A stretch of DNA of 64,000 bases from an uncultured Roseivirga sp. (GCA_943846625.1 OX044362.1:1596030-1660029); one strand, 5' to 3'; counted from the first letter of the stretch, positions 31,223-41,970 are shown. Notes: generated by a model from the letters alone, not told the origin. A program made the numbers and translations.

Positions 31223-32692
31223 GCCACGAATTCTACTAAAACCATTTTCTAATACTTGATTTAGTTCTGTGGAGATCTTTAGGGTATATGTTAAACCTAT
31301 TAAAACGGCTGTTATCGTTGAAGAACGAATTAGTAAGTCTAGGTAGATATTATCGAGTTTTGGGATGGCATAATTGACTACAAGCGTAAGGCCCGCAATG
31401 AGTATGAATTTAGTGGTCGAAAGTGTAAAGGGTTGAATTTTGAACTTTGACCAAACGAATCCAAATTTTAGAATATTAAAAATTAGCATCGAAATAAATG
31501 ATGCCACTGCAGCGCCTTCAATGCCATATTTCGGTATCAGAATTAGATTCAATACAATAGTCAAAACGGCAAGTAAGGAAACGGCAAGCACATTGAATCG
31601 ATAGTACTTCGACATCACAATGATCTCACCATTGGTACCAAAAGCCATGTCACTGAGTTTGCCCAGTGCAATGAAAAGGACAACGTTAAATCCATTTAGA
31701 TAAGCTTCATTGTTAGGTATAAAGTTGTAGATACTATCGAGGTTTGCCCAGATACCAATCAACAGCAATGATCCAATGATCATTTGGTTAATGGATGTTT
31801 GTTGATAAAGCTTTTTGACAGCCGCCATATCCCCTTTATTAAATGCCTGTGCTAGTAAGGCTGAGCTTATCTGAGTAATGGCTCTTTTAGGCATTTCAAT
31901 GACGACTCCAATGAAGAAGGCAATTGTATAAACTCCAGTGGCTTCAAGGCCCAGTGCTCCACTGATCATTATACTATCTATTTGTAGTATGATTTGAGTG
32001 CCGCCTGCGCCAATTAGAGAGTAAAGGCCAAAGGTTAAAATGCGTTTCCAAACTCCTTTTTTCAAGAAACCGAAGCTCACTTTGAGCGGTAGGTGCCCTT
32101 GAATTCGTAAGTGCACTGCCAGACCTATAAACACCAGCCCATAGACACCAAGTAGGGAATAGATGAGGGATTGAAAGGAGATGAATTCAAAGCCATAAAG
32201 TATCAGTGCCAGTGTTGTTAAAACCCGAAGGCCAATGTCTCTTAGCAAATTTGGTATCACAATTCTAAGTAAGCTTCTCGAAAAAGCTTCCAGAATTTGA
32301 AACTGAATGATTAGAAAGGACACAAGAAGGGTTACTTGAAAATAGTCAACGAATAATGCAGACTCTTTTGAGAAATAACTGACAATTGATTCTCGAAATA
32401 CTAAAGCCGATACACAAAGTAATACGAATCCAAGAACTCCACCTATGAGAATGGAAGATAGGAAGCCCTTGTTTTCCTTTTGTTCAGGGAAGAATTTTAC
32501 TAGACTTTGGCCTAAACCTATCTGGCCAAAAGTGGCTAATAGATAAGCTGAACTTTGGATGAGTCTAAAAAGCCCAACTTGTTCGGTGGAAAGGAAATAT
32601 GGATAAAGCCAAAGTACATTTACATAGCCTATTGCCACGCCTAAGTAGGCAATAATGGAGGATCTAATACTTTGCTTAATGACAATTCCCAT
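31214..32692 (-). CDS. Oligosaccharide flippase (Wzx/MOP family)
   Basis: MGIVIKQSIR start, many TM segments, LILIPKYGIEGAAVA. Confidence 0.88.
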   Translation of the reverse strand: MGIVIKQSIRSSIIAYLGVAIGYVNVLWLYPYFLSTEQVGLFRLIQSSAYLLATFGQIGLGQSLVKFFPEQKENKGFLSSILIGGVLGFVLLCVSALVFRESIVSYFSKESALFVDYFQVTLLVSFLIIQFQILEAFSRSLLRIVIPNLLRDIGLRVLTTLALILYGFEFISFQSLIYSLLGVYGLVFIGLAVHLRIQGHLPLKVSFGFLKKGVWKRILTFGLYSLIGAGGTQIILQIDSIMISGALGLEATGVYTIAFFIGVVIEMPKRAITQISSALLAQAFNKGDMAAVKKLYQQTSINQMIIGSLLLIGIWANLDSIYNFIPNNEAYLNGFNVVLFIALGKLSDMAFGTNGEIIVMSKYYRFNVLAVSLLAVLTIVLNLILIPKYGIEGAAVASFISMLIFNILKFGFVWSKFKIQPFTLSTTKFILIAGLTLVVNYAIPKLDNIYLDLLIRSSTITAVLIGLTYTLKISTELNQVLENGFSRIRGSK

Positions 32693-33411
32693 TAGGGCTT
32701 CCTCCAAATAATAGTATCCGTTAGGCCAGTACTAGAATAGATGTTTGGCCAAGTCTCTAGCATCTCATGAATTTCTCTATAGCGTACTCTTTCAGAATTA
32801 TCAAGGACAAAAAGGCCACCGCTCTTTAGCTTACTAACCGATTTTTTCGAACATGAAACCCGAGCTCGACCATCTATTAATATGAAGTCAAGCGAGTCAT
32901 TTGGAATGGAGTCTATGAAGTGGACGTAATCTAGGAATACATCGTCTTTTATAGGATATGCTTCTGCATCTAGGTAATAATCATCGACACTACTTAGGTT
33001 CGGTTTGGTATATGCAGTATTGGGCGGTATCAGTTTGAGGTTTACGTTACTGACCTTATTATTCGTTAACGTTTCTTTGACTATGTTATACCATTCTTCA
33101 TGGTGTTCAACACTTGTTAGATGGCCTAAAAGTTTGGCGAAATGATAAGTACTTCGTCCACTTCCATATTCTAAACCAACATCGTCTTTCGTTAAGAGTA
33201 AGTCGAAAACCTTTATGGAGCTGGCTGTAAGCCAAGGGTGCTGTGGATGCTTTTTTTGGAATTGCTTCGCTTTTAACTTGTAGTAAGGCCTCAACAATCT
33301 GTATCGTAAATAAACCAATCCACTACCTGGCCGAGAAGTGATGTTGCGTTCCCTACTATTTTGGGTTATGGTTTTTTTGACGTTCAGAAAATCTTCGAGT
33401 GTTATGGCCAT
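32692..33411 (-). CDS. Class I SAM-dependent methyltransferase
   Basis: LEYGSGRST, SVEHHEEW, FILIDGRAR, VLDNSER. Confidence 0.8.
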   Translation of the reverse strand: MAITLEDFLNVKKTITQNSRERNITSRPGSGLVYLRYRLLRPYYKLKAKQFQKKHPQHPWLTASSIKVFDLLLTKDDVGLEYGSGRSTYHFAKLLGHLTSVEHHEEWYNIVKETLTNNKVSNVNLKLIPPNTAYTKPNLSSVDDYYLDAEAYPIKDDVFLDYVHFIDSIPNDSLDFILIDGRARVSCSKKSVSKLKSGGLFVLDNSERVRYREIHEMLETWPNIYSSTGLTDTIIWRKP

Positions 33412-33435
33412 TAATAAGTGTATTCTTGGGTCAAT

Positions 33436-34320
33436 CTAAGAGAATAAGTTCGTCTTTTCAGATGGGCTGAAAATGAAGTCATGTGTTTTGCTGAAATCTA
33501 TGCCTTCCAGGTCGACTATTTTTTCAAAGTTTGAGCCTTCAAGCATGAAGGTTATGTAATTCTCCATTTTCTTAAAAAAGCTGAGAATTTCGTCCCCCTT
33601 CTGTGTGGACAGTATTTCGCAAATTACAATTGGTCTGGAAGATTCTATTGTTTTCTGGCCTCCTTTCAAAACAAATATTTCTGCTCCTTCGGTGTCAATT
33701 TTTATTAAGTCAGGTTGCTCGTTTTGTGCTTGGCAATAGTTGTCCAAAGTGTCTGTTGTTACCTCACATTCAACGAAAGACTTCTTTGCCACTTTCCCAA
33801 CCAAGTTGTTTTCGCCAGATAGATTATGATATAAATAGCTATACTTCGTGTTCTTCACCTCATGAAATATTGTTTTACCTGTGCTATCGCTGAGCGCAAG
33901 ATCAACACTTGTAATTGAGCTTTTCATATGATTAAGCGCAATGTTTTTATTGAGGTAGAATGATGGGCCACTTGCGGGTTCAAATGCCTTCACTTTAACC
34001 TTTGAATTTAAATGACTGGCAAGTAGTGAATAGTAACCAATGTTCGATCCAACGTCATAGAATACATTCACTTTACTGATTAGTCTTGAAAAGAGGATGG
34101 AGTATTCAAATGCTTTATAACCATTCCAAAATAGGAGATGAGTTACATAACATGTTTGATTGGTGGCCATTTGAAAGCTTCCTTCATCAGTTTTGACTTT
34201 GAGGATGCCAGCAGGCGGCATTCGGTATTTTGCAGAGAGGTTTGGGATAGATTTAAGAATGTTTCTAATCAAAAAATTGACTGGGCCACTGTAAATAAAC
34301 TTGTATAAAAACAACTTCAT
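33436..34320 (-). CDS. FkbM family methyltransferase
   Basis: FYDVGSNIGYY, AFEP, LIKIDTEGAE. Confidence 0.92.
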   Translation of the reverse strand: MKLFLYKFIYSGPVNFLIRNILKSIPNLSAKYRMPPAGILKVKTDEGSFQMATNQTCYVTHLLFWNGYKAFEYSILFSRLISKVNVFYDVGSNIGYYSLLASHLNSKVKVKAFEPASGPSFYLNKNIALNHMKSSITSVDLALSDSTGKTIFHEVKNTKYSYLYHNLSGENNLVGKVAKKSFVECEVTTDTLDNYCQAQNEQPDLIKIDTEGAEIFVLKGGQKTIESSRPIVICEILSTQKGDEILSFFKKMENYITFMLEGSNFEKIVDLEGIDFSKTHDFIFSPSEKTNLFS

Positions 34321-35543
34321 TAGTTAGCAATTAGGTTTGTATAAAGCGCTACTAAGTTTTTACCAGTATGTTCCCAATTCCAGATGCCTTTGGTAGTAGC
34401 TTGGTTTCCGTTGTCTCCAAATGCCTTGGCTTTCTCTGGATTATCGTAGAGTAGGTCTACTTGCTTGGCAAAATCTTGAGCATTTCCTGCTTCGAAAATC
34501 AATCCACTATTCGTTGCCTTCACTACACGTTTTAAGGGAGGGGCGTCACTTACGATCACTGGTTTACCTACCATCATTCCCTGAAAGAGCTTATGCGGTA
34601 TTGTGTGATCAGTATGGCCATTTCGATTATGCGGTATTAGGTTGACATCAGCAAGGGCCATGTAAGAGAAGAACTTATGGAATGGTTGATAGCCGTTGAT
34701 TCTCACCCTGTCTAATACCTTATGTTTTGTTGCTAGATTAGTTAGCCATTCTTTGGAATCTGCAGATAATGATCCAGTTATTTCCAGGCGTATGTTCTTA
34801 GATTTTGTAAGTCCCAATCCCTCAATGGCAACATCAACACCTCTATGAGGGCCTACACCTCCTGTATAAGCCAGTATGAAGTCTTCAGAAGCTCTATCGT
34901 AGATGTTTGTGATACGCTCCTGATCGAGAAAACTCTGGCCCTCACTATTAGTAACTACAGTGATTTTGCTTTGTGGTAGCTTGTGTAGCGCAACCAACCT
35001 ATCACTCATCTCTTCGACTACTACAATGAGGTGGTCAGCTTCATGGCAAGCCGTCTTTTCATAATTAAGCCATCGCTCGAAGCCGAAGAAAACGGAATTC
35101 TTTAGTCTGATCAATGGGTTTCTCTTCCATTGGAACCATACTTTTAAAGCTTCAGGGTAGTTTTCATGTAGGTCTAAGACAACCTTTACGTTGGAGGCCT
35201 TTTTGGCAGCCAGAACCGCAGTTTTAGCGAGCGGAAGATCGTGAACGTGAAATAATGCGAAGTTCTCTTTTTTGTGCAATGCTTTTAGTCTTCTAAGAAA
35301 GACCGGTTGTACGAATGAAATCGCTAATAAAATATCCCAAATCCCTCTCCAGAAGAATGTTTGTGCAATCGGGATCCTATGCACGTGAATGCCATTTACT
35401 ATCTCTTCAGCGGATTCATTTTTTCGATTTAGGCAGAGAATATGAATTTCGAAGCCCGACTTTATAAGGGATTTTGTTTCTTTACTCACACGAATATCGT
35501 CTGGGTAGACCTCATGTAAGAGCATACAAACTTTCTTGTTCAT
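34320..35543 (-). CDS. GT4 family glycosyltransferase
   Basis: DIRVSKE, HVHDLP, PHKLFQGMMVGKPVIVSD. Confidence 0.9.
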   Translation of the reverse strand: MNKKVCMLLHEVYPDDIRVSKETKSLIKSGFEIHILCLNRKNESAEEIVNGIHVHRIPIAQTFFWRGIWDILLAISFVQPVFLRRLKALHKKENFALFHVHDLPLAKTAVLAAKKASNVKVVLDLHENYPEALKVWFQWKRNPLIRLKNSVFFGFERWLNYEKTACHEADHLIVVVEEMSDRLVALHKLPQSKITVVTNSEGQSFLDQERITNIYDRASEDFILAYTGGVGPHRGVDVAIEGLGLTKSKNIRLEITGSLSADSKEWLTNLATKHKVLDRVRINGYQPFHKFFSYMALADVNLIPHNRNGHTDHTIPHKLFQGMMVGKPVIVSDAPPLKRVVKATNSGLIFEAGNAQDFAKQVDLLYDNPEKAKAFGDNGNQATTKGIWNWEHTGKNLVALYTNLIAN

Positions 35544-35612
35544 TGGGTCAAATTTATGATTGAATTTGTGAAATCATTAGAGGCTAACACTTTTTTAAGT
35601 GAAATATATAAT

Positions 35613-36710
35613 ATGCATTTAACCATCATCGCAGGAGCTCGTCCTAACTTTGTTAAAATCGCTCCCATAATTCACGCAATAGAGAGTCATAATTCGGATA
35701 CAGAGGCTATAATTGAATATTCCTTGGTTCATACGGGACAGCACTATGATGATGCGATGAGTGAGGTCTTCTTTAATGACCTTAGGATTCCTAAACCCAA
35801 TATCAATTTACAAGTAGGCTCTGGTACGCAGGCACAGCAAACGGCTAAAATCATGGTTGCGTTTGAGGCCTATCTAATTGAGCATATGACTGACTGTTTA
35901 ATTGTCGTAGGGGATGTTAATTCCACTATGGCTTGCAGTATAGTTGCCAAAAAAATGGGTGTTAGAGTAGCGCATGTCGAAGGTGGTTTGAGGTCTGGAG
36001 ATATGTCTATGCCTGAGGAAATTAACCGTCTCTTAACGGATTCCATAACTGACTATTTCTTCACAACCAGTAGCATAGCAGATGAGAACCTAGCTAAAGA
36101 AGGGGTTGCGCAAGAGCAAATTTTCATGGTAGGTAATACCATGATTGATAGCCTAGTTAGCTCTTACGACAGCTTAAAACAACCCGCCGGAGTAAATGAT
36201 CTTCTTAAAGGTCAGTACTTCCTATTAACACTTCATCGTCCATCAAACGTTGATGATGTAGAAGTGCTTTCAGAGATGTTGTCTACTATAGATGATATGG
36301 CAGAGGGGGATGAAAAGATTATTTTTCCTATTCATCCTCGAACAAAAGCTCAGTTAAGTCAAGGCGTTGAATTCAAAAACATTCATTTTCTTCCCCCATT
36401 ACCCTACTTAGAATTCCTATACCTCATGCGAGGAGCATCTGCAATAATCACAGACTCCGGAGGTATTCAAGAGGAATCGACATATTTAAAGGTACCATGT
36501 CTTACACTGAGGGAGAATACTGAAAGGCCAGAGACAATCAGTATTGGTAGCAATGTCTTAATCGGGAAGGATATGTCTTTACTTAAATCATCTTTAGAAA
36601 GTATTCGCAAAGGCGAATGGAAAAAAGGAGGCATTCCTGATTTATGGGATGGCAAAGCAGCCATCCGCATAATAGAGCAATTGAGAGGTTTATTATCTGC
36701 TACTAATTAG
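35613..36710 (+). CDS. wecB: UDP-N-acetylglucosamine 2-epimerase (non-hydrolysing)
   Basis: GARPNFVK, HTGQHYD, GDVNST, HVEGGLRS, PEEINR, TDSGGIQEE. Confidence 0.95.
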   Translation: MHLTIIAGARPNFVKIAPIIHAIESHNSDTEAIIEYSLVHTGQHYDDAMSEVFFNDLRIPKPNINLQVGSGTQAQQTAKIMVAFEAYLIEHMTDCLIVVGDVNSTMACSIVAKKMGVRVAHVEGGLRSGDMSMPEEINRLLTDSITDYFFTTSSIADENLAKEGVAQEQIFMVGNTMIDSLVSSYDSLKQPAGVNDLLKGQYFLLTLHRPSNVDDVEVLSEMLSTIDDMAEGDEKIIFPIHPRTKAQLSQGVEFKNIHFLPPLPYLEFLYLMRGASAIITDSGGIQEESTYLKVPCLTLRENTERPETISIGSNVLIGKDMSLLKSSLESIRKGEWKKGGIPDLWDGKAAIRIIEQLRGLLSATN

Positions 36711-39136
36711 GCCTTCTTTAAAGATCTAAAGACGGAAGCTCCAAACAATAGTACCACCAAGATTGAAAAAATCTGCATCACAATCGTTCCTGCTGTATAA
36801 ATCTTTGGTACGAATTTAAATTCAATCACATGATTGCCTGCAGGTACCGCTAAAGCTCTCAAAATGTAATTTGCTCTAAGCATATCGACTGCTTGTCCAT
36901 CTATGGTAACCTCAAATCCCTTTGGGTAATGAATCTCTGAAAAGACCGCAAACCCATCTCCAGCGTTATTGGATTCATACTTCCAGTAGCCAGGGTGGTA
37001 TTCGGTTAAAGCAATATCACCTTTGCTCAGCCCAATGTTATTTGGGGTCTCGTTCTTATTAACTACTGCCTTAAGTGAAGGAGTACTCAAAGCTAGTGTT
37101 TGATTAAACTCATCATCTGTAGTGTTGGTATATTCAAGTTCAGTAACAAACCATGCACTGCCGAGCGCATTATTGTTTTTCACAACTCCTTGGGGGCTGT
37201 TAGGGTTAATGATTAGATGACTTGTGTTCAGCATATTAATGATCGGAAAAGAACTGAAGTCAGCATTCCCAGCTTGAAGATTTTGCCTTAAGGCAGACTC
37301 TTCTGCAATCAGTTTGTTGTTAATAATCTCTTGATATCTTCGAATTCTAGCACCATGATAACCATTGATCAAATGATGATGATAGGCGATTTTGGCATTA
37401 TAAAATCCTGAGGTTAAGTCTAGTACCCTGTCTCCAAGCGTTTCGTTTTGTTTGATGTACTGATCAGCTGGAGATTCTGTGAAGTTTTGGCGAGAAGTAG
37501 ACTTATTAAAGTTGTCTTCTGAAAGAAAACGTGAACTGATAAGGATGACATCTAGCGATGCAATACCTATAAGCCCAATCACAGCAATTGTTTTCGACAC
37601 CTTTTCGTTTAGATACAAATAGAGTAGAAGGCCAAATGCCGCAATGAAACCAAATGCACGAAGGGCATCTCTCTGGAAAAGAGATCTTCTGTCACCTCTG
37701 ACTGCATCTATTATGGCTTCCTGTATTTGGCTATCGATAGCCCCTCTATAGCTGAACATTCCAGAGAATACACCGAGAAGCAGTGCTAGTCCACCAGTTG
37801 CTCCTAGCGCAATGAATAGTTTCTTTTGAATCGATTTACTAAACTTTTGACTGAGTAACTTCTCGAGCGCCAACATGCCTAAAAGTGAGACACTAAAAAT
37901 CGGAAGTATAATGGTAAATGAGACCGATCGGAATTTGTTGTACCCTGGGAAATAGTCAAAGAGGAAGTTGTTAATGCCTGGCATATTGCGACCGTAACTC
38001 AATATCACACCAAGTACGGCTAGTGAAGCCAGCCAGATAACATACTTTCTTTCTACTAAAAGCAGTCCTAAGACAAACAGGAATATCATAACAGCGCCTG
38101 CATAATAGGTAGTGGCTGATTCTTTGCCCCAATAAGTAGGAATACCATTGAGGAAGTTCTGGAGTTGTGCTCCGTTGACCCCATTCTGTTTTAAGAATGT
38201 AGCGAGTTCTCCGTCTTCTGGAAATGGTCCGCTACCACCTAATACATTAGGAATAAAGAGTGTGAACGGGTCCCAAATACCGTTTGAGTATTGGAAAGCA
38301 TACGTCTTCCCAAGACCATCATCGTTCATTTCAGAATTTGCTTGTTGCGAGAGTTCTGATTTCCCTCTGTTGGAATATTTTCCATACTCATAAGTCGCAT
38401 AAAATTCACCAAAAAAGGTTCCGATTGCGAGAACCAATGCAGCCATGAGGAGTCCCAGTCTTTTTAGATAATCTTGGACTTGCTTATCTCTAATGGCATA
38501 AATGAGTTGTATTAAGCCATAAATACCAATGACGAAGGCGAGATAATAGGTGATTTGTAAGTGATTTACCCTGAGTTGCATTGCCAAGGCGAGTGCGGTA
38601 AGACTAGCCCCTAAGATCTTGTTTCTGGTAAAGCACAAGTGTACTGCACCCATAACGAGTGGCATAAACGATACTGCTGAAATTCTTGCATTATGGCCAG
38701 CTGTTAGGCCAATTAAATTATAGGAAGAAAGTCCAAAGGAAATAGCTCCTATTATTGCTAAATATGGCCTTACCTTAAAGCAGAGTAGCATTATGTAAAA
38801 GGAAAGCATAGATGCGAAGATGATTCTCACTGGGTGAGGAAGGCCTAGCGTGTAGATCGCATGAGCAGACTTAATAAGTTGGTTACCCCACTTTACACTG
38901 ATGAGATAGGCTGGCATGCCTCCAAAAATTGAATTCGTCCAAAGCCCTTCTTCTCCAGTTTGCTCGCGGTACTCCATTAACTCTTGAGCACTACCTTGCC
39001 ACTGAACAATGTCACTTTGAAAAAGCGTTTTTTCTTCGAAGAATACTGGCTTGAAAAAGACGAGCGTAAGTACTAAGAAAACTATGACAGCGACTAAGTG
39101 GGGGAGGACATCTTTTTGAAAATCAATCTTTCTCAT
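36707..39136 (-). CDS. YfhO family polytopic membrane protein (GT-C-like)
   Basis: QSDIVQWQG, LWTNSIFGGMPAY, NHLQITYY, GYNKFRS, GYHGARIRRYQE, FSEIHYP, RANYILRAL. Confidence 0.9.
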   Translation of the reverse strand: MRKIDFQKDVLPHLVAVIVFLVLTLVFFKPVFFEEKTLFQSDIVQWQGSAQELMEYREQTGEEGLWTNSIFGGMPAYLISVKWGNQLIKSAHAIYTLGLPHPVRIIFASMLSFYIMLLCFKVRPYLAIIGAISFGLSSYNLIGLTAGHNARISAVSFMPLVMGAVHLCFTRNKILGASLTALALAMQLRVNHLQITYYLAFVIGIYGLIQLIYAIRDKQVQDYLKRLGLLMAALVLAIGTFFGEFYATYEYGKYSNRGKSELSQQANSEMNDDGLGKTYAFQYSNGIWDPFTLFIPNVLGGSGPFPEDGELATFLKQNGVNGAQLQNFLNGIPTYWGKESATTYYAGAVMIFLFVLGLLLVERKYVIWLASLAVLGVILSYGRNMPGINNFLFDYFPGYNKFRSVSFTIILPIFSVSLLGMLALEKLLSQKFSKSIQKKLFIALGATGGLALLLGVFSGMFSYRGAIDSQIQEAIIDAVRGDRRSLFQRDALRAFGFIAAFGLLLYLYLNEKVSKTIAVIGLIGIASLDVILISSRFLSEDNFNKSTSRQNFTESPADQYIKQNETLGDRVLDLTSGFYNAKIAYHHHLINGYHGARIRRYQEIINNKLIAEESALRQNLQAGNADFSSFPIINMLNTSHLIINPNSPQGVVKNNNALGSAWFVTELEYTNTTDDEFNQTLALSTPSLKAVVNKNETPNNIGLSKGDIALTEYHPGYWKYESNNAGDGFAVFSEIHYPKGFEVTIDGQAVDMLRANYILRALAVPAGNHVIEFKFVPKIYTAGTIVMQIFSILVVLLFGASVFRSLKKA

Positions 39137-39274
39137 TCTTACACCTTTGTAAACCAAGCACCAATATCTCTATAAGCCTTCTAATACGAAAGGTTTTGTA
39201 TGCAAAATCAAGGCTTATGACTCTTTTAATGCTAGGAAATTTGGCTAATTTTAAGGCGCAAATTATTGGCAGAT

Positions 39275-40609
39275 ATGTTCGAAAGTTTAAGTGGAAAGTT
39301 AGATAAGGCCTTTAAGACCCTAAAGGGACAAGGAAAGATTACTGAAATCAACGTTGCTACCACCGTAAAGGAGATTAGACGTGCGCTGATAGATGCTGAT
39401 GTTAACTACAAGGTAGCCAAAGAAGTTACTGATAAAATCAGAGAAGAGGCACTTGGTAGAGATGTGTTAATCTCTGTTTCTCCAGGCCAATTATTGACCA
39501 AAATTGTCAGCGAAGAACTCACCGAAATGATGGGGGGCCAGAAGACTGACATCTCCATTCAAGGGGATCCGGCAGTAATTCTTATTTCAGGACTACAAGG
39601 TTCTGGTAAGACGACTTTTTCTGGAAAGCTAGCAATGTTACTCAAATCTCAAGGACGTCAAGTAATGTTGACAGCTTGTGATATCTATCGTCCTGCTGCG
39701 ATTGAACAATTGAAGGTCTTAGGCGAGCAGATTGAGGTTGATGTATATGCGGAACCTGATAATAAGAATGCCATTGATATTGCCAACAATGCGATAAAAC
39801 ACGCTAAGGCTCACGGCAAAAAAATAGTCATCATAGATACTGCTGGACGTTTGGCAATTGATGACCAAATGATGCAAGAGATTGAACAGTTAAAAGCAGC
39901 TGTTAATCCTTCTGAGACACTGTTTGTAGTCGATTCAATGACAGGTCAAGATGCTGTAAATACCGCCAAGACCTTTAATGAAAGATTAAACTTTGATGGA
40001 GTTGTTCTTACCAAGTTAGATGGTGATTCTAGGGGTGGTGCAGCCCTTTCCATTCGAAACGTTGTTGAGAAGCCTATTAAATATATCTCCACTGGAGAGA
40101 AAATGGAGGCCATTGACGTCTTCTATCCCGAACGTATGGCCAGCCGTATTCTTGGGATGGGTGATGTGGTCTCACTCGTTGAAAAGGCTCAGCAGTCTTT
40201 TGACGAAGAGGAAGCGAAGATTCTTAATAAGAAGATCCGTCAGAATAAATTTGACTTTGATGATTTCTTATCTCAACTGGAGCAAATCAAAAAGATGGGT
40301 AACCTCAAGGATCTGATGGGTATGATCCCTGGTATGGGGAAAGCGCTCAAAGGGGTTGACTTAGATGACGATTCATTCAAGCCGATAGAGGCCATCATCA
40401 AGTCAATGACTAAGGATGAGCGTGCCAACCCAGAAGTGCTAAATGGAAGCAGGAGAAAGCGCATTGCTGAAGGTTCAGGTACTTCAATTCAGCAAGTAAA
40501 TAATCTAATGAAGCAATTCGGAGATATGCGTAAAATGATGAAAGCCATGAATAAGATGGGTGGAAAGCGTGCAATGTCTGGTCTTGCAAATATGATGGGG
40601 AATAAATAA
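39275..40609 (+). CDS. ffh: Signal recognition particle protein
   Basis: GLQGSGKTT, DTAGR, TKLDGDSRGGAA, M domain. Confidence 0.97.
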   Translation: MFESLSGKLDKAFKTLKGQGKITEINVATTVKEIRRALIDADVNYKVAKEVTDKIREEALGRDVLISVSPGQLLTKIVSEELTEMMGGQKTDISIQGDPAVILISGLQGSGKTTFSGKLAMLLKSQGRQVMLTACDIYRPAAIEQLKVLGEQIEVDVYAEPDNKNAIDIANNAIKHAKAHGKKIVIIDTAGRLAIDDQMMQEIEQLKAAVNPSETLFVVDSMTGQDAVNTAKTFNERLNFDGVVLTKLDGDSRGGAALSIRNVVEKPIKYISTGEKMEAIDVFYPERMASRILGMGDVVSLVEKAQQSFDEEEAKILNKKIRQNKFDFDDFLSQLEQIKKMGNLKDLMGMIPGMGKALKGVDLDDDSFKPIEAIIKSMTKDERANPEVLNGSRRKRIAEGSGTSIQQVNNLMKQFGDMRKMMKAMNKMGGKRAMSGLANMMGNK

Positions 40610-41353
40610 TTACCGATCACTAGCGCGCTCTACTTTTAGGCCTTGCGAGTCTATATATGACTCCCATTTTATCCATGCTAATTGACGGTCAAAGTCTTTG
40701 GTTTGAAAAGTAATTTTGAAACTTGTTGACTTGTTATCTAAACTATTGAACTCGTTTGAAACTTGGGTGCCCAGGCTATCGGGTTTTCTACTGACAGCGT
40801 ATTTAATGTCTAAATCGTTTCTTGGCCACTTAATTGTAAACGCATCTAGGTTGCCATTTACCTGATATCTGCCTTCTTTTTGAATGAGTACTTTTTCAGT
40901 TTCTAGTAACTTTTTGTTGTGGAGGTCATGAATTTGAATTTTTGCTCTACCATACTTTCTAAGAAATTCGTCAGTTTTATCATCTCTCAAAAAGACTTGT
41001 ATCTTGACTAACAGACTGTCAATGTAATAGAGATTGATGTCTTCCATTTCATAAGCTTCTGCGAAGTAATCAATTCTATCTAACTGGTATATAGTGAAGT
41101 CTTCAGTGTAAAACTCCCCATAACGTTTGAATACGAATTGGTCTAATTCTTTAACGTTTTGGTTCAAAGCTAAAGAGGAGAATTCAAATTTATAAGAGGG
41201 TACATCTGTATCAAAAACGGCTCTTTTTTCACGTTCCTCAATAGTTGGCTCGGTTACTTCTTCCTTATCTTCTTCAATAGGCGCTGGTATAGAGCAAGCG
41301 AAGGAGGTAAAGATTAGCGTATAGAATAGTAGGGAATGTGTAAGTTTCTTCAT
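40610..41353 (-). CDS. Hypothetical lipoprotein
   Basis: Lipobox-like FTSFAC after a hydrophobic stretch. Confidence 0.7.
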   Translation of the reverse strand: MKKLTHSLLFYTLIFTSFACSIPAPIEEDKEEVTEPTIEEREKRAVFDTDVPSYKFEFSSLALNQNVKELDQFVFKRYGEFYTEDFTIYQLDRIDYFAEAYEMEDINLYYIDSLLVKIQVFLRDDKTDEFLRKYGRAKIQIHDLHNKKLLETEKVLIQKEGRYQVNGNLDAFTIKWPRNDLDIKYAVSRKPDSLGTQVSNEFNSLDNKSTSFKITFQTKDFDRQLAWIKWESYIDSQGLKVERASDR

Positions 41354-41413
41354 CTTCAACTAATTTCTTCGTTAATCTAGGGCATAGAACAATACCAAGC
41401 AAATTATTTTGAA

Positions 41414-41911
41414 CTAAGACTTTAATTGAACGAGTAATTTGACATACTCGGTGGGAGAGGCATTTCGCAATTCAAAGTCTAGGTTAAGGTTGTGTGGGTT
41501 GTGGCATGCTAGGTGACTTTCCCAGACGTGATGTATAAACCAGTCTGGTTCATCTCCCCACCGTGTCTCTTGACTTCTTCTTTTAATGAACTCCTCCCGA
41601 TCGAGTGTAAGGAGTATTTTGAAGGCTGAAGCCTTTATCAGTCGTAAGCTTGAAAGTGCGAAGATGCCCTCAATGATTATAAAGTCATATTGTTCATTGG
41701 CTTCATCATGAGCACTTACAAGTCTATCCCAATCAATAGTTTCGGGATTCTCCCAATCAATTCTCCCTTTTATGAGAGGTAGCGCTGATTGATCAAGAAT
41801 AAACTCATCTTGGTGCAATACGATTGCGTTTGGTAAGTCATGGACTAGTTTAGTGGCTAGGGTTGACTTACCTGATCTGCTCACACCTGCTAAGAGGATT
41901 AGTTTCGCCAT
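41414..41911 (-). CDS. P-loop nucleoside kinase, nicotinamide riboside kinase (NRK1)/uridine kinase-like
   Basis: AGVSRSGKST, LPNAIVLHQDEF, IIIEG, RR...P..F..HVW. Confidence 0.7.
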   Translation of the reverse strand: MAKLILLAGVSRSGKSTLATKLVHDLPNAIVLHQDEFILDQSALPLIKGRIDWENPETIDWDRLVSAHDEANEQYDFIIIEGIFALSSLRLIKASAFKILLTLDREEFIKRRSQETRWGDEPDWFIHHVWESHLACHNPHNLNLDFELRNASPTEYVKLLVQLKS

Positions 41912-41921
41912 GTCCAAACAT

Positions 41922-41951
41922 AAAAAAAGTCAGACGGTTGGTCTGACTTTT
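41922..41951 (-). terminator. Intrinsic terminator after pdhB
   Basis: AAAAGTCAGAC-loop-GTCTGACTTTT with a longer T run on the minus strand. Confidence 0.85.
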
Positions 41952-41970
41952 AATAGAATAAAATCTTTTT

